Shown piece by piece: positions 16,149 through 26,062 of a stretch of 32,000 nucleotides of DNA (position 1 is the first letter of the stretch; each line of letters starts with the position of its first letter). This DNA comes from Candidatus Pacearchaeota archaeon. Lineage in GTDB: Archaea > Nanobdellota > Nanobdellia > Pacearchaeales > UBA284. The translations under genes were made by a program, and so were the position numbers. A model generated the notes under the pieces. The model was not told where the DNA came from and did not search any database. It worked only from the letters and a program-made list of their open reading frames with translations. The DNA lies in contig CP061211.1 of NCBI GenBank assembly GCA_026016245.1, positions 90,001 to 122,000 on the forward strand, given 5' to 3'.

Positions 16149-18563
16149 CTATGGATTAAAAGCATCATCTACTGCTTCTCTAATCATCCCAACTGAATCT
16201 ATGTTCGCGCTTATGCTTGTTATTCCTAGTTGTGTTAGGAATCGTGCCATTGCTGGAGTTGAGCCAGCTTGTCCGCATATAGATGTTTGAACATTATATT
16301 TCTGGCACACTTGGATGACTTTGGAAATCTGGCCTAAAACTCCTGGATGCATTTCACTATATATTCTTGCAAGTCTTTCATTATTCCTGTCAATGCCGAG
16401 AGTTAATTGTGTTAAGTCATTTGTTCCAAAGCTTATGAAATCTATGCCCTCTTTGCAAAGCTCTTCAATAATCCAGCATGATGCAGGAGTTTCAATCATT
16501 ACCCCAAATTCAACATCTTTTCCTGGTTCTAAGCCAATTGAATTCATCATTGCCTTAGCTTTTTTTAGTTCATCAGTGTTTATTATAAAAGGAATCATCA
16601 CTCCAATATTTTTGTAGCCTTTATCATGTAATTTTTTTATTGCATGGAATTCAGCTTTGAGAATTTCTGGTTCATCTAAACCTCTTCTTATACCATGCCA
16701 TCCAATCATAGAATTATCTTCACGAGGTTCATTATTTGCTCCTTCAAGTCCTTTATATTCATCTGTTCTTATATCACTTGTTCTGACCCATACAGGCTTG
16801 CCTCTAAATGCCTCAGCTATCTTTTCAATACCTTCAACAAGAAGATCTGTGTATTTTTCTTGCTCTTCTCTCCTTATGAATTCAGCAGGATGAATACCTC
16901 CTTGTGCTATTATGAATTCTAATCTAATGAGGCCAACACCATCTGCTTCTGTGGCAGCAGCTCTTTCAACTACATCAGGAAGATCACAATTAACTTTAAC
17001 AAGAGGCTTCTTTCTTTCGAACTTTTTCTCCCTGAGCTCTTCATAAGCTTCTTTGACTTGTTTTGGTATTGTTGGTATCTCTGGTTTTGGTTTTGGAATT
17101 TCTACAGCTATAGATGGCTTTACTACTTCTTCTTTTTCTATCTTCCCTTCATAGATTTTTCCGTTTGTTCCATCTACAGTGATTATTTGGCCGTCTTTAA
17201 GTTTTTGAGTGGCAGTTCTTGTTCCTACAACAGCAGGAACTCCTACTTCTCTTGAGATTATAGCTGCATGGCACGTCAATCCGCCTTCATCTGTAACAAT
17301 GGCTGAGGATTTTTGCATTGTAACAACCATATCAGGGTTTGTCATTCGCGTTACAAGAACATCTCCTTTTTGTATTTTCGATAAGTCTTTGAGATTATAA
17401 ATTATTTTTACAGTTCCACTTGCCATGCCAGGTGAGGCTGCTAATCCTTTAAGAAGTTCTGGAATCTCTATTTTTTCTACTTCTTTTACTTTCTTTTCAA
17501 TTGTTGTGACTGGCCTGCTCTGAACAATGTAGACTTTACCACCCTCTATAGCCCATTCAATATCTTGTGGCCATTTGTAATGCTCTTCTATTTTAACAGA
17601 ATAATTGGCTAAGCTTCTGAGTTCATGACCATCTAAAACTTGCTGATCCCACACTTCCTCTGGTAGCTCTTTTTTTATTGTCTCTCCTGTGCCAGCCCTC
17701 ATGAAAGAGATTTTCTTTTTTCCTATTCTCTTTGTTTTTGGTCTGAGTGTTTTTTTATCAATAACATAATTATCTGGCTCTATTGCTCCTGAAACAATTC
17801 CCTCTCCTAAGCCAAAAACTGCTTCTATGATTATTTCATTTTTATTATTTGTCATAGGATTGATTGTGAAAGTGACTCCAGATTTTTCAGAATTAATCAT
17901 TTTTTGCACTATTACAGCTATAAAACTATTCTCATGACTAAATCCTTTTCTTGTTCTGTAATAAGTTGCTCTGGCTGTGAATAAAGAAGCCCAACATTTT
18001 TTAATTGATTCTAGAAGATCCTTATTTCCTTTTATATTAACATAAGTTTCTTGTTGTCCTGCAAATGAAGCTGTTGCTAGATCTTCAGTTGTTGCAGAGC
18101 TTCTGACAGCAACAAAACATGGCTCTCTCGAAGCTGTTATAATTCGCATCACGTCAGCTGAAGCTTCTTCTAGAGCTGATCTATCTACATTAATGTTTGA
18201 ATAAGCTTCTATTATAGCTTTAGCAAGTTCTTGTGGCATTTCTGCTGTTATTATAATCTCTCTTATTTCTTTTGCTTTAGCTTCAAGTTCAGCTGTATTT
18301 TCCAGATCAATTCCATTAGCTATTTCTAGAATCTTATCCCTGATTTTACTTTCATTGAGAAATTTTTGATAAGCTTGGGCAGTTACTATGAATGCTGGAG
18401 GAACTGGCAAATCAATATTGTACATTTCTGCAAGATTAGCTCCTTTGCCACCAGCTATAGCAACATCATTCTTGCCTATTTCAGAAAGCCATACAATATT
18501 TCTAGAGCTATCAACAATTTTTTGTGGCTCTGATTCTTGCCACCTTTCTTTTTCTTTTTCCAT
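16149..18563 (-). CDS. ppsA: Phosphoenolpyruvate synthase
   Basis: GGKGANLAEM, SSATTEDLATASFAGQQETY, TDEGGLTCHAAIISREVGVPAVVGT, SFGTNDLTQLTLGIDR and CGQAGS. Confidence 0.98.
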   Translation of the reverse strand: MEKEKERWQESEPQKIVDSSRNIVWLSEIGKNDVAIAGGKGANLAEMYNIDLPVPPAFIVTAQAYQKFLNESKIRDKILEIANGIDLENTAELEAKAKEIREIIITAEMPQELAKAIIEAYSNINVDRSALEEASADVMRIITASREPCFVAVRSSATTEDLATASFAGQQETYVNIKGNKDLLESIKKCWASLFTARATYYRTRKGFSHENSFIAVIVQKMINSEKSGVTFTINPMTNNKNEIIIEAVFGLGEGIVSGAIEPDNYVIDKKTLRPKTKRIGKKKISFMRAGTGETIKKELPEEVWDQQVLDGHELRSLANYSVKIEEHYKWPQDIEWAIEGGKVYIVQSRPVTTIEKKVKEVEKIEIPELLKGLAASPGMASGTVKIIYNLKDLSKIQKGDVLVTRMTNPDMVVTMQKSSAIVTDEGGLTCHAAIISREVGVPAVVGTRTATQKLKDGQIITVDGTNGKIYEGKIEKEEVVKPSIAVEIPKPKPEIPTIPKQVKEAYEELREKKFERKKPLVKVNCDLPDVVERAAATEADGVGLIRLEFIIAQGGIHPAEFIRREEQEKYTDLLVEGIEKIAEAFRGKPVWVRTSDIRTDEYKGLEGANNEPREDNSMIGWHGIRRGLDEPEILKAEFHAIKKLHDKGYKNIGVMIPFIINTDELKKAKAMMNSIGLEPGKDVEFGVMIETPASCWIIEELCKEGIDFISFGTNDLTQLTLGIDRNNERLARIYSEMHPGVLGQISKVIQVCQKYNVQTSICGQAGSTPAMARFLTQLGITSISANIDSVGMIREAVDDAFNP

Positions 18564-18577
18564 CCTCTTTTATTCTA

Positions 18578-19111
18578 TTATCTTATTTTTTCAACTCTAA
18601 TGGATTTTTTTCCAGGGATTTTTGGCCTGACTTTTGAGAAAATAGTTCGGACAGTAGGTAACATTTCTTTATCGCAAGCTATGGTAAAAATCTTGCCACC
18701 AGCTTTGATTCTTGCAGCTATTCCTACTGGCTTACCAAATGAAAGCTGCATTCCTGTCTGCATTCTATCTGCTCCTGCTCCAGTCAACATCTTATTCTCT
18801 CGTAGGACATGGTGGGGATAAGCACTAACAGAAAAATAATAAGATCCTTTCAATTTTTTTTCAAGGTGTCTATGTATCATTTGTCTGGAAGCTTCGATAG
18901 CATTATCCCTTATTTGCACTGGTTCTAATGTAATGAGGGAAATGTTGAAAAGATACTTTTTTTTAAAAAAACCTTTAATGTCACCCATAACAAATTTGGC
19001 GATTTTCATGGCTGGGATTGTTTTCAGATAGCTCTTACTTTTAACTTTACTCTTACGAGTGTATGGACGCTTGTTAATTTTGTTATAACATCGACCTTTT
19101 CTCAATCCCAT
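18578..19111 (-). CDS. rpl10e: Large ribosomal subunit protein uL16/L10e
   Basis: MGLRKGRCYNKINKRPYTRKSK..., SAYPHHVLRENKMLTGAGADRMQTGMQLSFGKPVGIAAR. Confidence 0.97.
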   Translation of the reverse strand: MGLRKGRCYNKINKRPYTRKSKVKSKSYLKTIPAMKIAKFVMGDIKGFFKKKYLFNISLITLEPVQIRDNAIEASRQMIHRHLEKKLKGSYYFSVSAYPHHVLRENKMLTGAGADRMQTGMQLSFGKPVGIAARIKAGGKIFTIACDKEMLPTVRTIFSKVRPKIPGKKSIRVEKIR

Positions 19112-19182
19112 CTTAAATTTTTTCCTTTAAAATGGTAAGAAAGAGAGATTTTTAAACTTTTTTAAATTTATCGAGGTTAAAA

Positions 19183-21096
19183 TTAATCAAAAATATGTAT
19201 GATTGTTGCTATAATTTTTGTGAAAATGTCAACATCTCTTATTGTAAAAAGGAATTCTTTTTCTGTCTCATATTCTTTGTATTTTTTATCTTGATATCTG
19301 AAAGTAATTTTTACAGGATTTTCACCTATTTCAAGTTTCCAAGTCTTTATTGGTATGTCTATTACTTGCGTATCTTTTTCTGTCAAGATTTCTTTTTTTT
19401 CCATATACTCTTGTGTTTCTATTATCATCTCAGCAGTCATTTGTGTATTTGACTCTATTACTGCTCTAAGATTACCTTTACTACCATAATTAGCTTCAGT
19501 ATTCTGTAGAGTGGTTATTTTAATCTCAGGACTATCTAGGATTACTATATCGATGCAAGAAACACCTATAACATCCCTTTTTTCCTTGGCTATAATACAT
19601 AAAATAAGACATTTCATTACACTTATGTCTTTTTTTTCACTCTCATTTATTTGTGAGGCGGGAATTTCAAGAGTTATATTTTTTTTCTCGTCTTTATTGA
19701 TTGTAAAATTTTCGCAGATGTTTTGATTGCATATGGAAAGTTCTTTTCTTTCCTCTCTGTTCTCAACAATACATTCCACAATCATGTTTTCATATTCATA
19801 ATAAGATTCTCCTAGAACTTTACAGTAAAAATCTATGTCTGCTTCTGTGTCATAAAGCGAGATAAAATGCTGTGCTTCACTTAAACTTATTCTAGTGGCT
19901 CCTTTTTTAAATATCACTATAGTATTGTCAAAGTTTTCAAAAACATCCTTTACTTCTAGAGTTGCTATACAACTATCCTGGCATTTCTCATAATTTTCTG
20001 AAGCCACGTAAATAATGAAATAATCTGTTACCTCACTTTGGGGTTTTAGCAGAAGGATTTTTTCACTTTCACCAAAAACTCCTGGAGCAAGTGAAACTCG
20101 GAAAGGTAGGGCAAGATAATAATTATGAGGATTTTTAACTTTTATTTCTAGAGGCAAGTATGAATCTGTTGAGATTTTATCTGTTAATGGATTTATTGTT
20201 ATGTCTATTGGCTGTGTAATTTTCTTACTATATTTTTTTATCTTTGTTTCTATTTCCAAGCTCTGTGTTTCTATCTCACCAATATATCTAAAATCTATTG
20301 AAGCTCTTCCAGCATCATTACTATACATCATGACAACATGACTTGAATCTAACCATCCATACTGGCCGAAAGTGGGATCAAAAGGAACCCAATCATGGCC
20401 AGGAATCCAGACTTCAGCCCATGCATGTTCCCCACATCTTTTTTCTTTGTTTGAATAAGCCATACCACTCACATATCTTGTTGCTAGGCCTAAAGACCTT
20501 GCTAAGGACATGAATAAGATAGTATAATGGGAACAGACTCCTTTCTTCTCTTGCATAATCCAACTTGCATTCTTGATTTCTTGATATTCTGGATCATATT
20601 CCATATTCTTCCTTACATATTCTGCCAGTTTGTATAATGTCTCAAAAGTATCTGTTGTGGCAAGTTGCTGAGCTTTGTTTTTTATAAAAGGGTCATCATT
20701 CAGAACATATTCTGCAGATTCAGTAAATTCTTCAAGGCCATCAGGAGATTTAGCCCCAGAAATATGAATCTTACCAACTCTTTTAATAACAATTTCTCTC
20801 TTAATCTCAGCATTAATTTCAAGCTTAAGAGTTCCTGTCTCTTCAAATTCAAATTCTATGCTGTCATCTTTTATTTCAGAATCTGGTTCTGTTATTAGAG
20901 TAACTTGCTGGTTTGCTGTTTCTTTAGGAAAAAGATAGAGGTTAACTATTATGTTTTCAGCCTCGCTTTGAATAATATTAGAAATTTTTATTGATAACTC
21001 AAGTTCTCCATAAATTGGGGAAAATTCTTCTGCGCTAACAAACCAAACAGAAAAAAGAAGAACAAAAATCAAAAAAAAGATAATTTTTCTTTTCAT
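19183..21096 (-). CDS. Secreted/membrane transglutaminase-like domain protein
   Basis: Signal-like N-terminus; catalytic motifs KKGVCSHYTILFMSLARSLGLATRYVSG, CGEHAWAEVWI and WVPFDPTFG; hydrophobic C-terminus. Confidence 0.9.
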   Translation of the reverse strand: MKRKIIFFLIFVLLFSVWFVSAEEFSPIYGELELSIKISNIIQSEAENIIVNLYLFPKETANQQVTLITEPDSEIKDDSIEFEFEETGTLKLEINAEIKREIVIKRVGKIHISGAKSPDGLEEFTESAEYVLNDDPFIKNKAQQLATTDTFETLYKLAEYVRKNMEYDPEYQEIKNASWIMQEKKGVCSHYTILFMSLARSLGLATRYVSGMAYSNKEKRCGEHAWAEVWIPGHDWVPFDPTFGQYGWLDSSHVVMMYSNDAGRASIDFRYIGEIETQSLEIETKIKKYSKKITQPIDITINPLTDKISTDSYLPLEIKVKNPHNYYLALPFRVSLAPGVFGESEKILLLKPQSEVTDYFIIYVASENYEKCQDSCIATLEVKDVFENFDNTIVIFKKGATRISLSEAQHFISLYDTEADIDFYCKVLGESYYEYENMIVECIVENREERKELSICNQNICENFTINKDEKKNITLEIPASQINESEKKDISVMKCLILCIIAKEKRDVIGVSCIDIVILDSPEIKITTLQNTEANYGSKGNLRAVIESNTQMTAEMIIETQEYMEKKEILTEKDTQVIDIPIKTWKLEIGENPVKITFRYQDKKYKEYETEKEFLFTIRDVDIFTKIIATIIHIFD

Positions 21097-21100
21097 TGTT

Positions 21101-22144
21101 TTATTTTTTAATTAACTCAAATAATTTATCTCTAAATTTCGGCAGATCCTCCACACTAAGAGAGGCTCCTGAAGCTTTTTCATGTCCTCCACTTGTACTT
21201 TCTATTCCTTCTAAGGCCTTGGCAATTAAATCCCTGACATTTATATTCCCTCTGATAGAAATATTAGCTTTTGTTCCTTTAATATATGCCACAACAACAA
21301 TTCTGTCTGGGTAAAAATAAGAAAGTTCATTAGAAAGTTCACTGCTTAGACTTAACTCGCCGCCATACTGAAAGAAAAGAAGCTTTTTGCTTGTTCTTGC
21401 TATATCTCTTGCCCTGCTTAATATCTTCTCATACTTTTTATTAATCTGCTTGTATCTTCTATGTATTGATGATGTTTTTATTGTAATGTCAAGAATTTCA
21501 CGAGGATTTTTTAAAGTCAGAAGGTTTTTAAGCATCTTCACAACAATACTTGTCCTGTCTTTAAGAGCAAAACTTAGCATTTTCACAATGCGGCCAATTT
21601 CAGTCTCATATAATGCTTTTGCAGGATCTTTTGTTAGGATAAAAAGATCAGGATATTCTTTAGAAAATGATTCATCAAATTCTGGAATATACCAGTCAGC
21701 TAAACAGCCTATCATTGATATCCATTCATCCTCTTTTCTTTTTGTGATTTTGTAAGCCCAGTAAGAAGTTGGCTCATTACTTGGTTTATTTTGCAAAGGA
21801 TTAAAATAAAAAATTCCTTCTTCATTAGTATAATCTGGAGCAGGATGATGATCAAGCCATATAATAGGCACTCCAAATTCCCTGGCAGAATCTCTAAAAC
21901 CTTTCTCTATCAGCGGCTTATCAAGGACAAAAACATAATCTGGTTTAAATTCATACAATCGCCTAGCATGAGAAACACTTAGATCAGGAAAACTTTTTAT
22001 TGCAACACCTTTACCTTTTCCACAAAATCTCGCCAAAAGTAAAAAAGAAGCTAGGCCATCAACATCATTATCAAAAAGAAATAAAGGATTTTGGGCTTTC
22101 TCTAAAAAATCTCTGAATTTTTCTATTTGTTTTGGAGTCAGCAT
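21101..22144 (-). CDS. DHH/DHHA1 phosphoesterase, RecJ-like
   Basis: LFLFDNDVDGLASFLLL, IIWLDHHPAPDYTNE (DHH), GGHEKASGASLS (DHHA1). Confidence 0.9.
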   Translation of the reverse strand: MLTPKQIEKFRDFLEKAQNPLFLFDNDVDGLASFLLLARFCGKGKGVAIKSFPDLSVSHARRLYEFKPDYVFVLDKPLIEKGFRDSAREFGVPIIWLDHHPAPDYTNEEGIFYFNPLQNKPSNEPTSYWAYKITKRKEDEWISMIGCLADWYIPEFDESFSKEYPDLFILTKDPAKALYETEIGRIVKMLSFALKDRTSIVVKMLKNLLTLKNPREILDITIKTSSIHRRYKQINKKYEKILSRARDIARTSKKLLFFQYGGELSLSSELSNELSYFYPDRIVVVAYIKGTKANISIRGNINVRDLIAKALEGIESTSGGHEKASGASLSVEDLPKFRDKLFELIKK

Positions 22145-22147
22145 TTT

Positions 22148-23254
22148 TTAAATTCTCTTTCCAACTAGAACTTGCTCTTTTAATTTTTTTAACTCTTTAA
22201 TCAATTTGTTTGCATCTTTTTCTCCTATAACTCTTGTGATTTTATCTGGTTCTGTTTCTATTGTGTTAAGTATTGATGGGAAATTTTTGAAATATCCTAT
22301 CAGAGTATCTTTTGATTCCTGGCTTACAGAGACTTTTGATAAAAGTCTATAGCCTATAGGCATTACAGGATCTGAAGGACTTGAATAAAGTAATACTCTT
22401 ATAATATTTTCTGATTCAAGAACCTCGTTGAAATTTAAAGTAGCCAGGGCTGTCTTTGTAAATTCCCAGTTTCTACTGTAATCCATAAGCAAGAGATTTT
22501 TTTCTTTATCAACTCCTTTAATAACTTCTTTAAGCAAAATTTCCACAAGATTTCCTTCATTTCCAAGTTCAATCAAATATTTTTTTATTGTTTCTGCAAT
22601 TCTAGAAATAATTTCCATCTTTTGAATACAGGAAATAATGTCTCTAAGACTTTCAAAATTAGCAAATTCAAGCACATTCAAATTTACAAGCAATTCATTA
22701 AGTATTTCTCTATGCTTCTCTAACATTCTCAAAGTCTCAACAGTCTTGCTAAGAACTCTTTCAGTATTCCTTAAGGCATATTTGGTATTTTTATAATACA
22801 GATTTATTGTTTTTCTTCTTTCAGAGACTGCTATAACTGGCCTGGAAGTCTGTTTTGCTGTTCTTTCAGCAGCCTTGTGTCTTGTACCTGTTTCATGAGT
22901 TTCAATATTATGATCTGGAACAAGTAAGGTATTACAATAAACAATCTTTTTTAAGTCATCTGATAAAATAATGGCTCCATCCATCTTACTAAGCTCAACA
23001 AGTTTCTGTGGTGTAAATTTACAATCAATCTTAAAACCACCATTTGTAGTTTTAAGTACTTCTTGACTGTCACCAACGACAATCAAAGAACCCATGCTGG
23101 CTTTGACCATATCATCAATAGCTGTTCTTAATTTTGTGCCTGGTCTTACTAGTTTAACTATCTCAAAAAGTTCATCGAGATCTCGTTCACGTCTTTCACG
23201 CTCAGCCTCCCTTTCAGCTTCTTTTTTTATTTCTTCTTTTTCTTGGGTATTCAT
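22148..23254 (-). CDS. disA: DisA-like diadenylate cyclase with C-terminal helix-hairpin-helix-like region
   Basis: MDGAIILSDD...GTRHKAAERTAKQTSRPVIAVSERRKTINLYY. Overall length and helical linker fit DisA. Confidence 0.88.
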   Translation of the reverse strand: MNTQEKEEIKKEAEREAERERRERDLDELFEIVKLVRPGTKLRTAIDDMVKASMGSLIVVGDSQEVLKTTNGGFKIDCKFTPQKLVELSKMDGAIILSDDLKKIVYCNTLLVPDHNIETHETGTRHKAAERTAKQTSRPVIAVSERRKTINLYYKNTKYALRNTERVLSKTVETLRMLEKHREILNELLVNLNVLEFANFESLRDIISCIQKMEIISRIAETIKKYLIELGNEGNLVEILLKEVIKGVDKEKNLLLMDYSRNWEFTKTALATLNFNEVLESENIIRVLLYSSPSDPVMPIGYRLLSKVSVSQESKDTLIGYFKNFPSILNTIETEPDKITRVIGEKDANKLIKELKKLKEQVLVGKRI

Positions 23255-24246
23255 CTTAATTTTAATAATTTCAAGGCTTCTTTAAATATAGCTTCTTCTT
23301 CATTAGCTTTAATTACAAATACTTTGAATTTTGGTAAAAATTTTAGATAACTTAGCACTTTTTGTCTGACTGGCTTGGAAGCTTCTCCAATGCCGCCAGA
23401 GAATGCCAAAACATCTATCCCATTAAGAGCAGCAGTATAAGAAGCTATGTACTTAGCAATATTATAACAAAAAAATTCAAAAGCAAGCTTATATTTTTTG
23501 CTTCTCCTTCTTGCCACTATTTTTTCGACATCTGTTATTCCACTTAAGGCAAAAAGACCAGATTTCTTATTAAGCATCTTTTCTACATTCCTGAAACTAA
23601 ATTTTTCTATAAGAAATAATATAATCCCAGGATCAATACTGCCACTTCTCGTAACCATGCAAGGACCTTCTAAAGGAGTTAAACCCATGCTAGTATCTAC
23701 AGCCTTGCCATTCAAAACAGCACTAATACTGCAACCTGCACCAAGATGGCATGTTACAATCCTTAAATTTTTCTTTCTCATTTGCTTTAAAATTTGTTCA
23801 CTTACATACTGATGATTTATTCCATGAAAACCATAACGCCTTATTTTATATTTTTTTAATATCTTAGAAGGCAAGGCATAAGTCTTAGTTTTTTCAGGAA
23901 GCTCAGAAAAGAAAGCAGTATCAAAAACTCCTATTTGTTTTATTCCAAACTTTCTACAGATTTCAATAGTCCTAATTTCGTGAGGATTATGTAATGGAGC
24001 AAATCTCGAGTATTTTTTTATTTTTTTCAGAATAGAAGGAGTAATAAAACAAGGTTTACTTATTGGGCCTCCATGAACAATCCTATGGACTATGATATCT
24101 GGATTAAACTTCCCAACAATTTTTTCTATAATTTTTCTGTTTACTCTAGTGTAGATTATTTTCTTTTCTCTAACCTTATTATTTTCATAAAAAGCATACT
24201 TTATTGTTTTTGAGCCTATATTAAAGATTAAAATTTTTCTTTTCAT
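23251..24246 (-). CDS. ackA: Acetate kinase
   Basis: VHRIVHGGP, FAPLHNPHEI, FDTAFFSELPE, RRYGFHGINHQYVS, VTCHLGAGCSISAVLNGKAVDTSMGLTPLEGPCMVTRSGSIDPG. Confidence 0.93.
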   Translation of the reverse strand: MKRKILIFNIGSKTIKYAFYENNKVREKKIIYTRVNRKIIEKIVGKFNPDIIVHRIVHGGPISKPCFITPSILKKIKKYSRFAPLHNPHEIRTIEICRKFGIKQIGVFDTAFFSELPEKTKTYALPSKILKKYKIRRYGFHGINHQYVSEQILKQMRKKNLRIVTCHLGAGCSISAVLNGKAVDTSMGLTPLEGPCMVTRSGSIDPGIILFLIEKFSFRNVEKMLNKKSGLFALSGITDVEKIVARRRSKKYKLAFEFFCYNIAKYIASYTAALNGIDVLAFSGGIGEASKPVRQKVLSYLKFLPKFKVFVIKANEEEAIFKEALKLLKLR

Positions 24247-24256
24247 CTTAATTTTT

Positions 24257-24640
24257 CTACTGAAATTTTCTTACAAGAGTTAAGTTTCCTTTTTCATCCC
24301 AAGCACCTAAACCAGTTGTGTCAAGAGCTTCTATTATTTTTCTTTTTGGAAATAACTTCTTAAGATTATAGACTCCAGCATCGCATGCAAGAACTATAGT
24401 CACATCTCCGTGTAGTTCATCTTTCTTTAACTGGTCAAAATCACAAGGAACTCCGATTAAATCCATATCAACCACCTTAAAGTCATCTTTTTTTAATTTT
24501 TCAGCCAGTTTTTTCATTTCTTTCTCACCACCAGTTTCACAAAGCTTGGCACAACTATTACACGAAACTATCCCTATTTTATCTTTTTTGTCTAATTGTG
24601 CCTTGATTAAGCCATAAGGTTTCAAAGCTGTTATTATCAT
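24257..24640 (-). CDS. MetV-like / methylene-THF reductase C-terminal-like cysteine protein
   Basis: GIVSCNSCAKLCETGGEKEMKKLAEKL...VTIVLACDAGVYNLKKLFP resembles MetV-type sequences; family assignment is from recall, without a search. Confidence 0.6.
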   Translation of the reverse strand: MIITALKPYGLIKAQLDKKDKIGIVSCNSCAKLCETGGEKEMKKLAEKLKKDDFKVVDMDLIGVPCDFDQLKKDELHGDVTIVLACDAGVYNLKKLFPKRKIIEALDTTGLGAWDEKGNLTLVRKFQ

Positions 24641-24643
24641 TTT

Positions 24644-25495
24644 TTACCTCCTTTCAATTTTTTTATTTTTCCTCTGCTCATTAACCTGCAAAACAGTTAT
24701 TGCAGCAAGTGCAACAATATCCTCAACTTTACATCCTCTGGATAAGTCATTAACTTGCTTGCTTAGGCCTTGTAATACTGGACCAATAGCTTGCCATCCC
24801 CCAAGCTGCTCCACAAGTTTATATCCAATGTTAGCTGCATCAAGATTTGGAAAAATTAAGACATTTGCATTAATAGACTTTATTCCTTTTCTTTTGGCAA
24901 TCACTGCATTCAAGGCAGCATCAGCCTGAATTTCTCCTTTCATGATTAACTTAGGATATTTTTTCTTTAAAATTCTCAATGCTTTTGAAACTTTTTGAAG
25001 ACTTTTGCCTTTGCCAGAACCATGAGTTGAGTATGACAATAAAGCTATTCGTGGTTTTTTTATTGTTATCAGTTCAAAAGTTTCTGCACTTAGTAAGGCA
25101 ATTTCAGCTAATTGTCTTGGACTAGGATCTGGTTGAGCAGCGCAGTCAGCAAAAAGCAGCACTTTTTTCTTATCAGGAGAGATCATTAAAAAAGAACCAC
25201 TAACATGATTGATATTTTTTCTCATAAAATCAAATGAAAGTAAAATAGCTAAGATACTTGAATGGCTTGCTCCTGAAATAACAGCATCAACTTTATCTTG
25301 TTTTAACATCAATCTAGCTAAGTTTATTTTTTTCTCTATATTTACTTTTTCATTGAGAAATAAAGGCTTAGCAATTTTTTGTCTTTTGATGATTCTCGCA
25401 GCTCTTTTCACACGATTATCTTCATCTAGAAAAAGAATCTTTACAGGATTTCTTTTATTAATTTTGCACGCTCTTTTTTTTATTTTAAGAATCAT
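24644..25495 (-). CDS. pta: Phosphate acetyltransferase
   Basis: DKVDAVISGASHSSI, FADCAAQPDPSPRQLAEIALLSAET, IALLSYSTHGSGKG, GEIQADAALN, NVLIFPNLDAANIGYKLVEQLGG. Confidence 0.93.
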   Translation of the reverse strand: MILKIKKRACKINKRNPVKILFLDEDNRVKRAARIIKRQKIAKPLFLNEKVNIEKKINLARLMLKQDKVDAVISGASHSSILAILLSFDFMRKNINHVSGSFLMISPDKKKVLLFADCAAQPDPSPRQLAEIALLSAETFELITIKKPRIALLSYSTHGSGKGKSLQKVSKALRILKKKYPKLIMKGEIQADAALNAVIAKRKGIKSINANVLIFPNLDAANIGYKLVEQLGGWQAIGPVLQGLSKQVNDLSRGCKVEDIVALAAITVLQVNEQRKNKKIERR

Positions 25496-25541
25496 AGAAA
25501 AAACAAAGAAAATAAATTTAATAATCTTTCTAAAACTAGAC

Positions 25542-25727
25542 TTAGAACCTTTCTTTTTCCATCTCCTTTTTTTCTGCTTCTTTCTGTTCCTTAGGAGTTA
25601 CTTCTTCAAGCAATTCAGGAGCTGTTGGAGTAGGTTTAGCTGTTCCTATCTCGCCGCAGTAAGGACAAGCATAAGGCTGTCTTTGGGCTTCAAATTTATA
25701 ACCACAACGTTGACATTGGTATTCCAT
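25542..25727 (-). CDS. Small zinc-ribbon protein
   Basis: YQCQRCGYKFEAQRQPYACPYCGEIG. Confidence 0.75.
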   Translation of the reverse strand: MEYQCQRCGYKFEAQRQPYACPYCGEIGTAKPTPTAPELLEEVTPKEQKEAEKKEMEKERF

Positions 25728-25801
25728 AGCAATTTATTGAGTAGAGGTTATATAAATTTTTTCTTAATAAATCAAAAAAGAGAGTCGAAAAGTTTATATA
25801 T

Positions 25802-25823
25802 ATGATATTAATATGATATTAAT
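25802..25823 (+). repeat. Two tandem 11-bp repeats (ATGATATTAAT) immediately upstream of the toxin-antitoxin start codon, candidate operator
   Basis: Exact tandem copies at 25802-25812 and 25813-25823; TTTATATA just upstream. Confidence 0.6.
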
Positions 25824-26060
25824 ATGGTACAAGCAATAGTAAATGTGGATGAAAAAGCAAATAGAATCTTAAATATTGTTAAAGCGAAGTATGGCTTGAG
25901 AGATAAGAGTGAAGCTATAAACAAAGTAGCTGAACTTTATGCAACTGAACTTCTTGAACCTGATCTTAGACCAGAGTACATAGAAAAACTAAAGGGGATA
26001 GAAAAAGAAAAAACTGTTAAAGTAAGTAATTTTAGACAGAGATACCTGAAAAAGAGGTAA
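25824..26060 (+). CDS. Putative antitoxin (DUF2683-like)
   Basis: MVQAIVNVDEKANRILNIVKAKYGLRDKSEAINKVAELYATELLEPDLRPEYIEKL, with a toxin-like ORF 2 nt downstream. Confidence 0.75.
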   Translation: MVQAIVNVDEKANRILNIVKAKYGLRDKSEAINKVAELYATELLEPDLRPEYIEKLKGIEKEKTVKVSNFRQRYLKKR

Positions 26061-26062
26061 AA

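Noticed and set aside
16000-18821. Plus-strand ORFs within and around the ppsA region
   Set aside because: They are antisense to unmistakable deoxyhypusine synthase, PEP synthase and L10e coding sequence.
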